Origin: Monocercomonoides exilis PA203 | Lineage: Eukaryota > Protista > Preaxostyla | DNA length: 64,000 nucleotides | NCBI GenBank assembly: GCA_001643675.2 | Contig: LSRY02000026.1 | Coordinates: forward strand, 744,001-808,000 | Reading direction: 5' to 3' | In this document: positions 1-13,701 of the stretch, one piece after another | Position numbering within the stretch: the first letter of the stretch is position 1 | Layout of the letters: every line of letters begins with the position of its first letter | Position numbers and translations under genes: made by a program | The notes under the pieces: model-generated | What the model was told of the DNA's origin: nothing | Databases searched by the model: none | What the model saw: the letters and a program-made list of their open reading frames with translations, nothing else

Positions 1-416
1 ACAATAAATAAAAGGGTAACCTTTTCTTCATGTTCCTCTTTGAGAGTAGAAATAGCACTTTCGTGAGACTCATTTGCCTTTGAGGCCTGAGAAGATGATA
101 AACCAGATTTTGAGATTTTAGCCTTTTCTTTTTCTTGGTGTAAGTCTTTATCCAAACGCTCAATACGTTGGTTAAGCCTGTCAATGTCTGATAATGTTAT
201 AAAAATATAGTTGGTGCACATTACAAAAAAATTGTGTGAATTGTTAAATCAGTATCCAAAAGTCAAATGAAAAAAACCTTTTGTCAGTTTTTTCTCATTT
301 TCCTTGGATATTGCCAATTCACTTTTCAATTTATCAATCTGTTCGTGTGGCGTCAGCTCGGCACTCTCGTCAATTTCTTTCTTCTTGCCTTTTTTCATAA
401 AATCAAGAAAAGACAT
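1..416 (-). CDS. 5' part of a spliced coiled-coil protein gene that runs off the left edge; absent from the ORF track
   Basis: ATG at 416. Exon 278-416 (MSFLDFMKKGKKKEIDESAELTPHEQIDKLKSEL...), GT-AG intron 188-277, exon 21-187 (DIDRLNQRIERLDKDLHQEKEK...EEHEEK), then GT donor at 20. Phases join without stops. Confidence 0.7.
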
Positions 417-1058
417 TTTTGCTGTTCCGAGTTATGGTTCTGGAAATTTTCAATGCTTTTTTGACAGAAAAATATAAAACATATAGATTTATTGATTCTT
501 ATGTTGCATTTGATGAGAGTGCATTAAAAAAAAATTCTGACACGATATGAGTGTTTGATGTCAATCATCCTTTTAAATCATTTTTTCATTCTTTTATCCT
601 TCCTTTTATTATTATGATAAATATTGTTTGAAACATGATTTATTATTTATTTTTCTTTCTTTCTTTCTCTCTCACTCTTATCAAATATTTGGAAAATTGG
701 AAACGGATGTGATGAACTTACTTGTTCAAGTTACCCAGAGTTCAAAATAATAATGAGGAAAATTAATGAAAAGTTTTTATGAATTTAAATTTCGAACAAA
801 AAAAAATTTAACTAAATTTCAATTATTCATTATGTTGGTTCGATCAAAAAGAAACAAAAGGTTTGCTTGTCTTCTCAAATACAAAAACGATCATTGGTTT
901 TGTTGTTGTGACATATTGTACACTTATTTTTTTGAAATTGGAAAGAAGTTAGTATTTAGACAATAACATTTTCAAAAAGTCTGAAAAGAAGAAAGTTTGC
1001 TTTCACCGATTGTTTCCAATTTAAATCGCGATTGAATCTTTTTCATCTTGAATTAATT

Positions 1059-2503
1059 ATGAACAGAATGAATTTTTTTTATATCATTCAAAGAACATCC
1101 GAAATTGATAAGTTTAGGAGTTTGTTCTTTTCTAACGGTTTATACAAAAAGGCACTGTTTTTTTTATTCTTAATATGTGCTTTGAAGGATTGCTTGACGA
1201 ACTTGGAGGTTGCAATGAGAATGAGCAGAAACAGAAAATCGTTGAAATGATCGAAATTGTTGATGAAATGAGTAAAAATGAATTCATGGAAATTTGTACA
1301 ATTGAAATGTTCAATAAAATTCACAAAATGATTGAAGAAAAGAAATTGAATTTAATAAATGCGTTACCTATGTTGAAGCATATGGGATATTGCAATGTGT
1401 GGAAAGAATTTTGGAATTGCTGTTGCGATAGCTCTTCATTGAAGATAATATTTGAGAAGATCATTCTTGAAGAAAATAGAAAAACAGAAGGAAAGAAAGA
1501 GAAGTTGCAAGTTGATCTTTGTGAATGTCATCTTTTGCTAAACAATGATTCCTCATCTGAATTATTGTCAGTTTGTGTGAAGTGCCTTCTTAAAGCTGCA
1601 AAGCAAATTGATCAAAACGAGGAAACGCAAAAGGAAGTTGAAATGGCTTTGCTGACCTTGAGACGCATTGAAATGCTCACAGTTTGAAATAGAATCATCA
1701 TTTTAAAATTGTTGCTTTTTTCATATGTATTTTTAAAGAGAGAGGATCGTGAACCAAATCTGAATGAAATCAAAGAGATCATCAGATATCATCGGGATCA
1801 TCATAATTTGACGCATCTTGCGTGCCTATCTGCTTGGGAGATTGTGATAAGCCGATTTCATTCAGAAAAAAGTTTAGAAGATGTTGTTGTGAATCGGATG
1901 CATTTTGCTGAAGAAGCTGCAAAAGAAGTGGAAGATCTGTCGAAATGCATTGATTGGAACAAAAAAGAAGAAAAGACTGAGAAGAGAAAAAAGAAAGAAA
2001 GAAAGATCATAATGAAATGGGTTTTTTTGATAGAAGTGTTTTTTCTGAGTTTGAGATTGTGGAAAGAAGAATTTGTTGGATTGATCCAAAGTCTTGTCAA
2101 GATGTGTTTTGACACAAAAGAGAATGAAAGAGCCATAACTGAATGGTGCATTTCCATGTTTCATACAATAGGATACCTTGAAAGTGTGAGTGTTAACAGC
2201 TTTGTGGACGGAGGAGCGGTGAATCTTATGATGGAAGGGATACTGCAACCCACGTTGAACAAAAATATTGCAAGAAGTTGCTTGGAATTCTTCTTGGAGT
2301 TTTCAAGAAGATTGAAAGAGAAGAGAGATAATAAAGAAGAGGAAGCGAAAATAATGGCAACAAAAAAGAAAATGATTAAAAATATGGAAGAAAAAGGATA
2401 CGAAGACGTTATCACAAGCTTTCAAAAAATTCTACCAACATTAACACCCAATAATGTTATTGGACTATCTGTCTGTTTCACGAATTATTTTGTGTATGCA
2501 TAA
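1059..2503 (+). CDS. Lineage-specific alpha-helical protein family ('EQKQKIEEM...EEGYED'), copy 1, 3 exons
   Basis: Exons 1059-1137, 1188-1681, 1739-2503. GT-AG introns in phases 1 and 0 join ORFs 1175 and 1709; clear homology to the three other copies. Confidence 0.8.
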
Positions 2504-3690
2504 ATCGATCATCATTTTTCAATTTTTGTAATTTTTCAGAGGAAATCATGAAAGGCGGCTTATAGAGGCTTCGTTTTATCTCTAATCTTTATTTCAAAAA
2601 ATGTAAGTTAAAAAATATTTTGAAGAAAACATTCTTTTGTTAATTTTTGTATTTCAAATGATTCGCATCTGAGAAAAGGGTGTTCAATAAAAGTTTTGAA
2701 GAATTATTTTTATGTTAAATAAGAAAAAATTAGGAATATAAATTCTGCAAAGTTTGACTGAAAGAAATTAACGATAATGAAAATTTTTTCCATTCAAAAC
2801 TCATCATTCACATATTTCCAGAAGCTAACATAAAAAAAAAAAAAAAGAAAAAAAAAAAAAAGAAAAAGAAAAAAAAGAATCAATTTCACAATAGATTATT
2901 CATCAAAGATTTGTTGGAAATGCAGTTGTATTGCGAAGTTCCGCAAACAGCAACTATTTCATTGTTGCATCAGGTTCAAAAAAACTTGGATTTATGTATT
3001 TCCCAAGAATTAAAACTGATATATCCATCTTATGCTTTCATTTTTTTCAAATATGAAACAAAATAATCTGCACCCAATAAAACATTTGCTTCTTTCTTCA
3101 ATTGAAATGCTATTTCTTAACCTCGCTTCCCTTTGGCTCTTCCGCCACTCTTTGAAGGCTCATCGAATTGTTTAAATCTTTGAAAATCATCACTTCAATC
3201 ATCCATCATTTGTCAACTTTCCTGATTTGAAATTCTACCTTTTTTTTCAATCTCTCCTTTTGCTTCCAAATAAAAAGATCTTCAGGTTGTCTTTCAGAAA
3301 TGCATCAAATACTTTTTCTCCTCCCTTTTCATTGGACATTTTATCGACTTCATCTTTCATTCATTGAATATTCAACACTTCATCCATCAATAGATTTTGT
3401 TGTTGACAAGAAATTCTTCACTTACATCTCTCTGAAAAAACATTATCACTATCTTTTATAATTAAAAAGGTTTCTTTGTGGCTTGTATTGTCATTCCTTT
3501 CTTTCTTTTTCCGATATAAATATTCCTCGTTTTATATTGTCAATCCATTTCCTTATTCAAAATATCCCGGACTGCCCCCCCTGCCTTATGTTCTCTTATA
3601 CAATATAATTTTGATTTATCCTTCTTTTTCATTGAACCACATCATCTTTTGTCTTTATTCTATAAATAATAAGTCAAACTTGTTTTCATC

Positions 3691-4515
3691 CCTTGCACCT
3701 TATAAAATTTATGAAAATCATGTATCTTCCGTATCTTCGTATATTTCTCAATGGCTATATAATAATCTGCTCCATTCACATTGTTATGCTCTCCAAAGTG
3801 GAGATTGGCCATTTCAATAAAAAGTCAGATTCCTGCACTTTGGAAAGGATACAGATGGAAATATTTTCACAATCAACAGAACAATAAAAATTACATTCGT
3901 TACGTCTTTTTGTGTAATTGATGAAATTGTTGTATTCCCCTTGGACATCCAATCTCCAAAAACCATCAGATTGAATTTCAAAAATATAGCATCTCCATCA
4001 TTGTCTGCTGTGACCATGCAAAACAATTTATCTTATTCTGCAGAAAATGTTCATTCACTGTTCTCTCATTTTGTCAATGTTTATTCTTGACTTTGAAAAT
4101 GTCTTTCGATCATTGAATCCATAACTACAAACAGAAAAAACAAATCCTTTTTTTATCTTTGTCATCCTTTGTCAAAAATGTTTACACAAGAAAAAACAGT
4201 GTGAAAGCAGATTTTTTAAAACTATTTTGAGTTTTTATTTTTCATCTTATTCTTATATCCAATGAAATGTGGATTCAATACGAATGATGAATTTTCATTG
4301 TTTTCTTGGTGCAATGCATTTTTGAAAATGCAGGAAACGGGTGTCACTGAAAGACTTAATGGTGTGCAAACATTATTGCACTTTAATTTTTGTTGATTTC
4401 ATTAATTTTTTTCAACATAATTAAAGAATTATTTTATAAACTTGAACATTGTGATGAGGATGAGCAAAAACAGAAAATCGAAGAAATGAATGAAATGATA
4501 AATGAAATGGATGGA
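3691..4515 (+). repeat. ~820-bp dispersed duplication (copy at ~39104-39920): upstream region, exon 1, intron 1 and start of exon 2 of a family gene
   Basis: Long near-identical stretches, e.g. atgaaaatcatgtatcttccgtatcttcgt... and gaatttcaaaaatatagcatctcc...gtgtgaaagc, present in both places. Confidence 0.9.
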
Positions 4516-5746
4516 AAAGAATTCAGATCTGTTTTCACAACCGAACTGTTCAACAGAATAGACAAAATGATAGAAGTTAAAAAATTGCCTTTAGAGATTG
4601 CAATTTTGTTGCTGAAGCGCGTTGGATTTTTCAAAGTGCTGAAAGGAATTTGGATTAACAGGTTTAACGAATCTTCATTGGAGGAGAAATTTAAGGAGAT
4701 TATTTATGATGAAAATGAGAAGAAAGATGAAGATAAAGACGAAATAATTTTTGTTGACATTTGCGAATGCTATTTTATGCTTGACAATCAGTTTTCTTCG
4801 GACATGTATCCATTGTGTGTGTCATGCCTTTTGAATGTTGCATCGAGCAAGGAGAAAAAGGAAGAAGCGCAAAAGAAAGTGGTAATTGCCTTGCTGGCTT
4901 TGAATTGCATTGAAGAAAATGATGTTTGAGCATTTCTTTTTCATTTTTATTATATTTGCTTTTTGTTCCTTTATTTCAAATTAGTTTTTCGGACGAGAAC
5001 TATATTTGAAGGAAATTACAGAAATCATCAAATATCATCAGGAACACAGAAATCTGGCACGACTCGGTTATCAATCAGTTTGGCATTTTATGATAAAAAG
5101 ATTTCTCAACGACAAAAGTTTGGAAGGTGTAATTGAAAATGAACTGCATTTTGGAAGAGAGGCAAAAAGAGAACTGAAAGAGCTGATGAAATGTGTGAAT
5201 TGGAAGAAAAAGGAAGAGGAAAGGGGAAAAGGAAGGGGAGAAGAGACAATTTTGATGAGATGGCTCAAAACATTGAATATGTATATTTGTTTTTTCAAAT
5301 TGAAGAATGAAGAATTAGATGTGCTTATCAACAGTATTATTCAGGTTTTTCGAATGGCAAAGGATAATCACGGGGAAATTTGCAACTGGTGCATTTTTTC
5401 CTTGAGAAATGCAGCAGAAAATAGAAATGTGGAAATTGAAGACTTGTTGAAAGGCGGAGCTGCTGATGCTGTTTTAGAGGAGATCCAGAGACAAACATTG
5501 AATAACATAATTGTATATAAATGCTTGCAATTCTTTGCAATTGCTTCAAATCGATTGAAAGAAGAGGAGTGTGATGAAATGAAAGAAGCGAAAAGAAAGG
5601 CAGCAAAAAGGAAGGCGCTTGAAAAAATGGAAGAAGAAGGATGCGAAGATACCATCACCAGCTTTCATAAAAAGTTTTATTATCTCAATAGAAAATATCA
5701 TTATTATTTATCTTCAAGAATTTCAGATTATTTTGTGAATGTTTGA
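4262..5746 (+). CDS. Helical protein family, copy 2, 3 exons
   Basis: Exons 4262-4361, 4427-4923, 4985-5746; same intron positions and phases as the other copies. Confidence 0.85.
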
Positions 5747-5826
5747 GGAAAATTGATGTTATTTATTCTGAAACAAAAAAATGATATTTTTCTGTTTTCA
5801 ACATTTCGCAAAAGAGAAAGAAAGAA

Positions 5827-6172
5827 GGGTCAGTAAATTTTAGGTAACAAAAAAATTAATCGGGAACTAAATTTTCTGGCTCTCCAGAGCACTTTTCGAA
5901 AAAAATAAATAATAGAAATTTTTGAATATATAATAAAAAGCTATTTCTGAAAATATTTTTTTATTTTTCAATTTTAGAAAAAAGATCTGGTATTTTTTGT
6001 TTTTTTTTAAGATCAAAGATTTGCTCATATTTTCGCAAGCACTTGTTTTGAGTATTTTGAGTGATATCATCGTTTATTAACTTTTCATTTTTATGATTTT
6101 GGTTATTTTTCTTTATTTAACACTTCATTTTTTTGTTATTTTTTCCGTTTCACAAAATTTCGAAAAATTGAA
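5827..6172 (+). mobile_element. Solo, diverged copy of the long TIR of the MITE at 28966-29931
   Basis: Begins gggtcagtaaattttagg..aaaaaattaatcgggaactaaatttt and is colinear with 28966-29315. No partner arm found. Confidence 0.75.
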
Positions 6173-7952
6173 GATAATATTGTGATATTTGAGTTCATAT
6201 GTTTTAATGAGTTGAAACATATTTGAAAAACTGATTGAAATGTGTATCAATATATTTTTGAAATAAAACAATGTTGTTTGAAGCAAAAAAAAAAAAGACT
6301 CAAAAACAAGTTTTTTTGAATAATATTCACGATCATATTATATTACAGATGGGTCTAAATTTTTGCAGTTATGAAAAAAACTGTGATTTGTTCCAAACTT
6401 TTTCTCCAACCTTATCATTATGTTTCAACTGTAACAATGCATATAATAACAGAAAAATTCAAAAATTGAAAAAAAAATTATTAGAGAAGAATGGAACGAA
6501 ATTCATAATGCAAAAAATTTTGTCCCAGATTTTCTTTTTCTGATAACCATTATTTGTTTATTATTTTCATATTTTTGCTTTAACAACAACGAAAATTTTC
6601 TTCTTTATAATGAAATCTTAAATTTATCGAAATTTTGAAAAATGCATAAACGAAAATAAAAAACGAAGTGTCAAACGAAGCAAAATAACCAATAACATAA
6701 TAAAGAAAAGTTCAATAAAGTCATATTATAATTCGATCCTATTTTTTTCTTGAAATCAATTATTTAGCCACCCGTATTTCGAACAATTAATAGTTTTTTG
6801 TTATAAAAGAAGAATATAAGCAACTGAATACATTCATTTGAATGCAAAACCTGTTTGCAATGGGGGGAGAAATGTATTTGGATGAAAAGCCTCCAGTTGA
6901 AATTCTAACAGTCATAGATTGGTTCTAATGAATTCAATTCAAAAAAATAAGCATTTGGGTCATTATTTTTCATATCGTAACTTTGTTCGAAGAAAGATCT
7001 TTTTTTAAGTAATTGTGGTATGAAATGAAAAAAGCTTAAAACATATGTTAAAAACACATAGAAAAAGAATCGGAATTGAATTACAAAAAAATAAGTGAGT
7101 TTGAGAACAATTTGAAAATTCCATTATAACATTTATTTATTCAGAAATTTTTAATGTTAAAATTATTTAGCATCACAATACCTTTCAATTCCAGTCATTG
7201 AAAATTATTGATTATTTTTTGAGTTTAATTGAATGATATTGCTTTTTTATATGCTTCGAATCACTTATCATTTGTTTTCAAATGAATTATTGTTTTATTA
7301 AATTTTGATTCGAAATTGAAAGGTTTTTATTTTGGAAGCTGTGTTTTTTTTTAGACTTTATTTATATCATACACGATATATATCATATTTTCACCAATTC
7401 GGGAGGTGACAAGCGAATTAAAATTTGAGGAATTTTGTTGAGGTTGAAATGGAAATAATTTCAAAAAGGAAAAGAGAAATTTTGTGAAAGATAAATGTTA
7501 TTGATAAAATTTTGAGAAGATATGAAAAAAGAAGAGCACAGAAACTGCATAATTTTATTCAATTGTCTTGTTGCTTTTCATCGTTTTTAATTTGTTATTC
7601 GTTTCAAACATTGACATAATTTTATTTATTGAAAAGATAATTATTTTTGAAATATGCAATTCATATATCTTGATGCGAAAAAACATTTGTTTGTGTTTTT
7701 TTTTTGAGATCTTTTTGTTTTTGATAGATTCGATAGATGAACTTGTCAAAAAACAAAAAACATTAAATAAACTTTTGCAATTTCAATTTTTCAATTCCTA
7801 TTTACCAGCGTGCAAGTGAAAATGAAGAAAAAAGATAAAACCTAAAAAAGAAAGTGAGGTAATTTTTGTTAAATCAATGGATGCCAAAAAGAATTTGTCT
7901 TTTTGTGAAGCTTAGTTTTATTCACAAGCACCAGGCCATTTATTGTTCCTAT

Positions 7953-8712
7953 TCAGTCAGATTTATAAACGTATAAAAAATTAAGGAAAAGTCCTCCTCC
8001 ACATTCTTTTGCTGTGCATTTCTGGAATTCACAACCACTGATCCTGACACATGACGAAATTGATTCAGCAAATATTCCTCCTCCAGAACCGTTTTTTACT
8101 GTGCATACATTGAATGAATTGTTCTCAATCTTGATTGAATTAATTGTATGACACATAATTCCTCCCCCAACATAGTTTGCATAGCAGTCGTTGAACCAAC
8201 AAAATTTCACTGAAAGCGTCACCGATGCCTTGTTATACATGTAAATTGCTCCACCATTTGAAGTTCCATCTGAATAAGAAGTTCCTGACCCAGTGGTTTT
8301 TGACCCATTCCACACACACCAAGTGAACGAATTCGCCCCATTGTCTGCTATCTGCTGTCTCGCTGGTTTCGAAGGATTCCCTTCACTCCCGCTGACTGCA
8401 ACATTCTGTGATCGATAGCATCCGACAAACGAGGTGTTCGAGGCAGCCAATGAAGATGAAGGGCTGTTCAGTGAGGGGACAATGCCCCCATCATTCACAT
8501 CCCACACCGATGAAAATGTGCACCCACTCATCAGAAACGAGGTTTGACCCAGCCCTTCAGCCAGATGTGATAATTTTGGTGGATTTGTTGAGATGTTGAA
8601 GAAGGTCAGCTGGGTGAGTGTCACAAGGGGTATCAAAGGCGGTGCCAGAAACGGGGCTGAAGATACACAAAAAGATGAGAAATGAGTCTCACTCACCAAT
8701 ACACTCCCTCCT
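7953..8712 (-). pseudogene. Fragment of a right-handed beta-helix (GGA-motif) family gene; cargo of the TIR element
   Basis: Motifs NGGAI, GGGI, GGGLF and FxxC. Homologous to the 26003 ORF (IVPSLNSPSSSLAASNTSF vs ILPSINTSSTSLSAFNTSF; FTWCVWN vs FEWCEWN). Truncated at both ends. Confidence 0.75.
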
Positions 8713-8730
8713 CTTTCGCTTTCTTCTTCT

Positions 8731-8828
8731 CTTCCTTCTCCATCTCTTCCTTCTCCATCTCTTCCTTCTCCATCTCTTCCTTCTCCATCTCTTCCTTCTC
8801 CATCTCTTCCTTCTCCATCTCTTCCTTC
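8731..8828. repeat. 15-bp tandem repeat (cttccttctccatct) x6.5; reads EKEEM on the minus strand
   Basis: Read directly from the sequence. Confidence 0.95.
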
Positions 8829-10099
8829 ACCTCCTCGCTGTCCTCCTCTCTCTCTTCCTTCATCTCTTCAATGTGATATTCCTTGGTAACCAAAAATATG
8901 CCCAAATCCCTTTTCTTGTCTCTTTCTGCTGCATATGTAATGAATCTCATAAAAAAAATATAACAGATTTTCGCTGTCAGTGCATTTTTATAATTAATAA
9001 TCCTATAAAGCTCTTTCCCATGCTAATTCCGCCATTGACCTTAACTTTCTATCGTTTGATGTCATTTCACTCCCTTGAAGTTTAACGAAAACGCCAGCAA
9101 AAACAATTTTGTTCAAATAAGTGAAAAGTTAAAACAATAAATCACATAAAAAATTGGTCAAATAATATAATTAGTGAAAATATCATACATTTGTTCCTTC
9201 AATCTCACCTTCTTTTGTCAAAGCATCGCTGCATTCTTTGTCTCCTCATCCCTTCCGTCATTTTCAACAAAAACAAAACACACTGCAATCTTCATCCATA
9301 AAGATGTTCTTTTTGATAGTGTTCTTGAGGATATTCCCATCTCCTTTTTTGAATAATTCTTAGTTGAAGTGACTTTCCTCTATTTTTTCACCAAAATCCC
9401 TTTTCTCTTTTTTATTCTTCATGTACTCCCACAATTCGTTTCACCATCTCATTCCCTTCTTTCAGCTCTTCTTCTAATGCTCCAAAAAAAATTCATTCTT
9501 CTTATTCTTCTTGTTTTCCTTCTTCATCTCATTTTCTTTTCCCTATCTTCTGCTTCAACTTCAACTTCTTTTTTTCTTCTCGAATTTTAATCAATTTTCT
9601 TCTTCTGCTGTATCATCAATTTTTCTGCTCTCTCTATCTCTTTTAGCTTTTAAAAAGATTCATCGTAAATGCCTTCCACAGGCATTCATGAAAATTTTCT
9701 TTATTTCATTTTATTTACTCTGTCTCATTCCATTTATCATCCTGCAATTGTCATATCCTGACTTCTTTAATGAATTCAATATCCCCATCTTCTCATATTC
9801 CATGTTCATTCATTGTTGTTGAACATTCTTGCAAATATCCTAATTTCATAAAATATTAATATATGAAAAATTGTAATAAAAAAAATAGAAATACATGCCG
9901 TTATAATGATCGTTCTTCTCAAACTTTTTTCTCCTCCTCTGAATATTGTTCCGTTTTGCCAACAAAACCCATCTGTCTCGTCTTCGTTTCTTTTCTGCCT
10001 CCTCAAAAAAAATCAGCCAAAACCCAATCCTGTATTCTGCTTTCGCTCAAATAACCTTCACAAATTCCATTCTTTTAAAAAAACTGGTAAAGAAGAATA

Positions 10100-11100
10100 T
10101 TCCATCTAATAAACACGTCTCACCCCTTTTCTCTGCATCGCCTTCTTCTTCTCTCCATTTCCCCTCAAAGCAACAACATCACACCACCTCACCCACATCC
10201 CAATCTATCCATTCTCCCTCTCCACAAAAACCAAACAACTCTGCCCACAATCCACCTTCTCCAACTTTCATAACAAACGATTGCAAAATCCCTTCTCCTT
10301 CACTTCCAACATCCCCTTCTCCAATTATCCTTTTCCCAATCAAAAATATAAATGCCTCCAATATTTTGCCTCTCTTTGGTGCAAGACACCCTTTCGTGGT
10401 CAGCCCCTCATCTCGCTCCATCTCATCATCCTCAACACAAAGTGTTGCGTTCGATGTTCCTTCTTCCTGCCTTCCTCCATCTCAGCTTCCATCCCTTGCC
10501 CTGCAAATGAGAAGCGCGACCAAACTGTTTATTCAATAAAAAATTTGAAATATTAAAAAAAAGAAATCTCTCTCATTTTTTTTCTTCTTCAACCCCACTT
10601 TTCTCTCTTATCATGCACACTCTCGCAAAATCTTTTCCCCTTGCCCTGCCTCATATGCCTCCTCCCTCTCTCGGTACATAAAAAAAAAGCATCTTCTCCC
10701 CATTTCTTCTCCATTTCCTTTCCAACTCTCATCCTCCCCTCCAATAAGCATATTCCATTCACTCCACCCTTCTTATCTTCCCTCTCATCCCACCTCCTCC
10801 ACAACAAATTCCATTTCTCCAGCAATAAACACGACATCCACGCCTTCTCAATGACAAAAATCGAAAAAACAATCTCTCAGCGCTTCATCCCAATCTATCC
10901 CCCACACATCCATTTTGCCTCTTAAACCTCACAAAAATACCTCTTTCTCCCCCAAAAAAACATCCTTTTGTCGTTCCATTCCCCTTCAAGACATCCTGCT
11001 TTCCCCTTCAAGACATCCTGCTTCTCTCCAAACTCCATATACCCATCCTCCCTCTCTTCTGACTTGTCCATATGCCCATTCAGCCACAATAAATCGACTT
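10100..11100 (-). pseudogene. Degenerate gene fragment(s), probably from an expanded large-protein family; cargo
   Basis: Purine-rich minus-strand coding-like composition with short broken frames (e.g. GEGGLWAELFGFCGEGEWIDWDVGEVV) and many stops. Confidence 0.4.
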
Positions 11101-11849
11101 GGGCTTTCTTTTCTTTTATCATCCCAAATCTGTCGTGAGCACAATCAAATTGAATCTTATGACAGAAGATTTGACTTGGCCACACGAAGAATGAAAGGCT
11201 TGCATTCGAAAAAGGTGGCAGATGGAGCAGACGAGTTGAATACAGCCCTGAAGCAGAATGAAGACAAAAGCAATATCATTTTTGAAGGAAGAGAGAGTCT
11301 TTCATTTTTGATTGTTGGAAATGATGATGATGAATGGTTTTGTCAAAATAACAGGAAATGGGGTGAATGAAATGAGCTTTATTGTTTGTGTGTGTTCGTT
11401 GAAGAATTTCAATATTAATGTTATTTTCCTCTTTTGCTGCCTGTCTGGGTGTGATGATGTTGTTTGAAATGGACAAAAGAGGTGTTTGTTTGCTGAGAGG
11501 AGGAAGAATGAAAGTGAGGAGAGAGCTCAACGAATCAGAGTTTCGAGGGAAATGGCACAGGAGAAGGGCAGGACAATCGCCTGTTTGTGAAAAAAGACTG
11601 AACAAAAAGGAGTTTATATGGAGAAGAAGAAGTGGAAGGAGGAGTAGAAGAAGAAGAAGAAGATGATGATGATGAAAAAGGTGAAGGTGAAGGTGAATGT
11701 CTGTGTGGATGAGCAGCAGTTGAGATGAGGGCAGGGAAAGGAGGAGAAGAAGAAGGAGAAGAGGAAGAAGGAGCGAAAGAGGAAGGAATGGCAGAGGAGA
11801 AGGTGAACGCAGAAGGAGCAGAAGAAGGAGAAAGAGAAGGAGAAGAGGA

Positions 11850-11930
11850 AGAAGAAGAAGAAGAAGAAGAAGAAGAGAAGAAGAAGAAGAAGAAGAAGAA
11901 GAAGAAGAAGAAGAAGAAGAAGAAGAAGAA
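11850..11930 (+). repeat. (GAA)n microsatellite
   Basis: Read directly from the sequence. Confidence 0.95.
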
Positions 11931-13570
11931 AGAGAAGAGGAAGACGAAGAATAGCAGATTCTGGATGTTCAATTGCTATTTGAAGTGCAGTCGCATTTGG
12001 AATGTCAAACTTTGTTCGGCAGATGAACATTATGGAGCAATGCATGAATATTTAGAAGTGATGAAGAGAAGTTGTTTCTGAAGGTGCTGAGTGTGGAGAG
12101 TGAGAGAGAGAGAGAGAGAATGAAAAGGAAGAGAAGAAAGAGAAGAAGAAGAAGAATATTGTCCAGTATGAATCTAATGGATATGTTTGATTGATAGAAG
12201 TAATTAGAACGAACCAAAGGAATTCAAATATTGTTTCTTTTTCTTCTTCTTCTCTTTCTTCATCAAATTCTTCTTCTTCTCTTCAAATATGTCCAGTATT
12301 GAGTGTGAAAAAATTATGGACTTTTAATTATAATCGTTCTTTTTTTCCTCCTCCTCCTTCTTCTATTAATTCCTCTTCTAATTCTTCTCTTTTTTCTTCT
12401 TCTTCTTCGTCGTCGTCATCATCAACATTATATCCTTTTTCTCCAATTTTTTCTATTAATTCCAATAACAATACTTATTCTAATTATATTTCTTTTCCAT
12501 CTCTTTCTTCTTCTTCATTTTTTTCATATTTTATCAATTGCTTTGAAAAAAACATCTCATTTTCAATATTTTCTCACACGAAATAAATCAAATAAGGATC
12601 GTTCTTAACATTCAAAAAGTCTATTCGCAATAGAGCGAATATCCGAACGCAAGGAGCAGGTTTGCTCCTCAATAATGAGTATTGTTCAAGATTTATGGGC
12701 GGTTTAAGATCTAACTTCGCCAATACTCAAATTCAAAGTTGATCCAGATTGTCCGCAATGAAAATGAAGCAACAACCTGTTACAATAGAACACAGAGACG
12801 GCGATGGAAGTGAATTAGATCAAAATTTAACACTGGTCAAAGTGGAATATTTTAGTGAAAAATTTACCAGGATTTAAGCAAGAAATTTATCATCCGGAAT
12901 GGAAGAGAGTGCACAGCCGAAGATGTCGAACGGCAAGCTGCACATTGTGAAGAGATTTTATCAAGAACAGAAGCTATAAAAATCTGTGAGTTAATTATTG
13001 GAATTAGAGCCACATTGTGCAGCGAGACAATTGTCCAAACAGAAACTATAAAAAATCGAGAGATGTTTAAACAAAATGAAGATATGATATTCTATAGGCT
13101 TTAAAAAAGAATACAACTACACATTATTTTGTTTATTTATTTGGAATAAGAACAACGTATTGAAGCAAGATATCGATATATTAAGAAAGTGCTTGATATC
13201 GCAAGAATTTAAAGAGATAGATCCACAAATTGCAGAGAGATTATTTTGGAGAAAGAATTTCCTATCTAATGAAATTTCGAAACAATATAATAAATATATA
13301 CAATATAGAAGAGATATATTCATATAATGCTGTGGAATTCAAATTTAAACAAAACCAACGAGAAACAACAGAATATTGATAGAATTTGTAAGGAAGAAGA
13401 TCCGCGCATAGCCGCGAGATGTGAATTAATTCAGAAGTGATTATATAGCAATAATAATTTGATTACAATTTGAATATATATAATTAAAATGAGACAAGGC
13501 ATTGTATCGAAATAATTACAATGAACATAATCGTGTTTAATCGTTAGACTAAGATAAACAGAGAGAAAAG

Positions 13571-13701
13571 AGAGAGCCGCGCTTTGCCGCGAGACAGAGA
13601 GAGAAGAGAGAGCCGCGCTTTGCCGCGAGACAGAGAGAGAAGAGAGAGCCGCGCTTTGCCGCGAGACAGAGAGAGAAGAGAGAGCCGGACTTGACCGCGA
13701 G
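13571..13701 (+). repeat. 36-bp tandem repeat x3.5 (agagagccgcgctttgccgcgagacagagagagaag)
   Basis: ccgcgctttg recurs at 13577, 13613 and 13649. Confidence 0.95.

Noticed and set aside
2880-4100. Decayed minus-strand coding-like sequence (also 9100-9800 and 35750-36600)
   Set aside because: Too many stops to define exons or assign a family.
11535-12586. Poly-Ser/Phe/Lys/Glu ORFs, and similar ones at 42415-42963
   Set aside because: Open only because of trinucleotide microsatellites; no recognisable domain.
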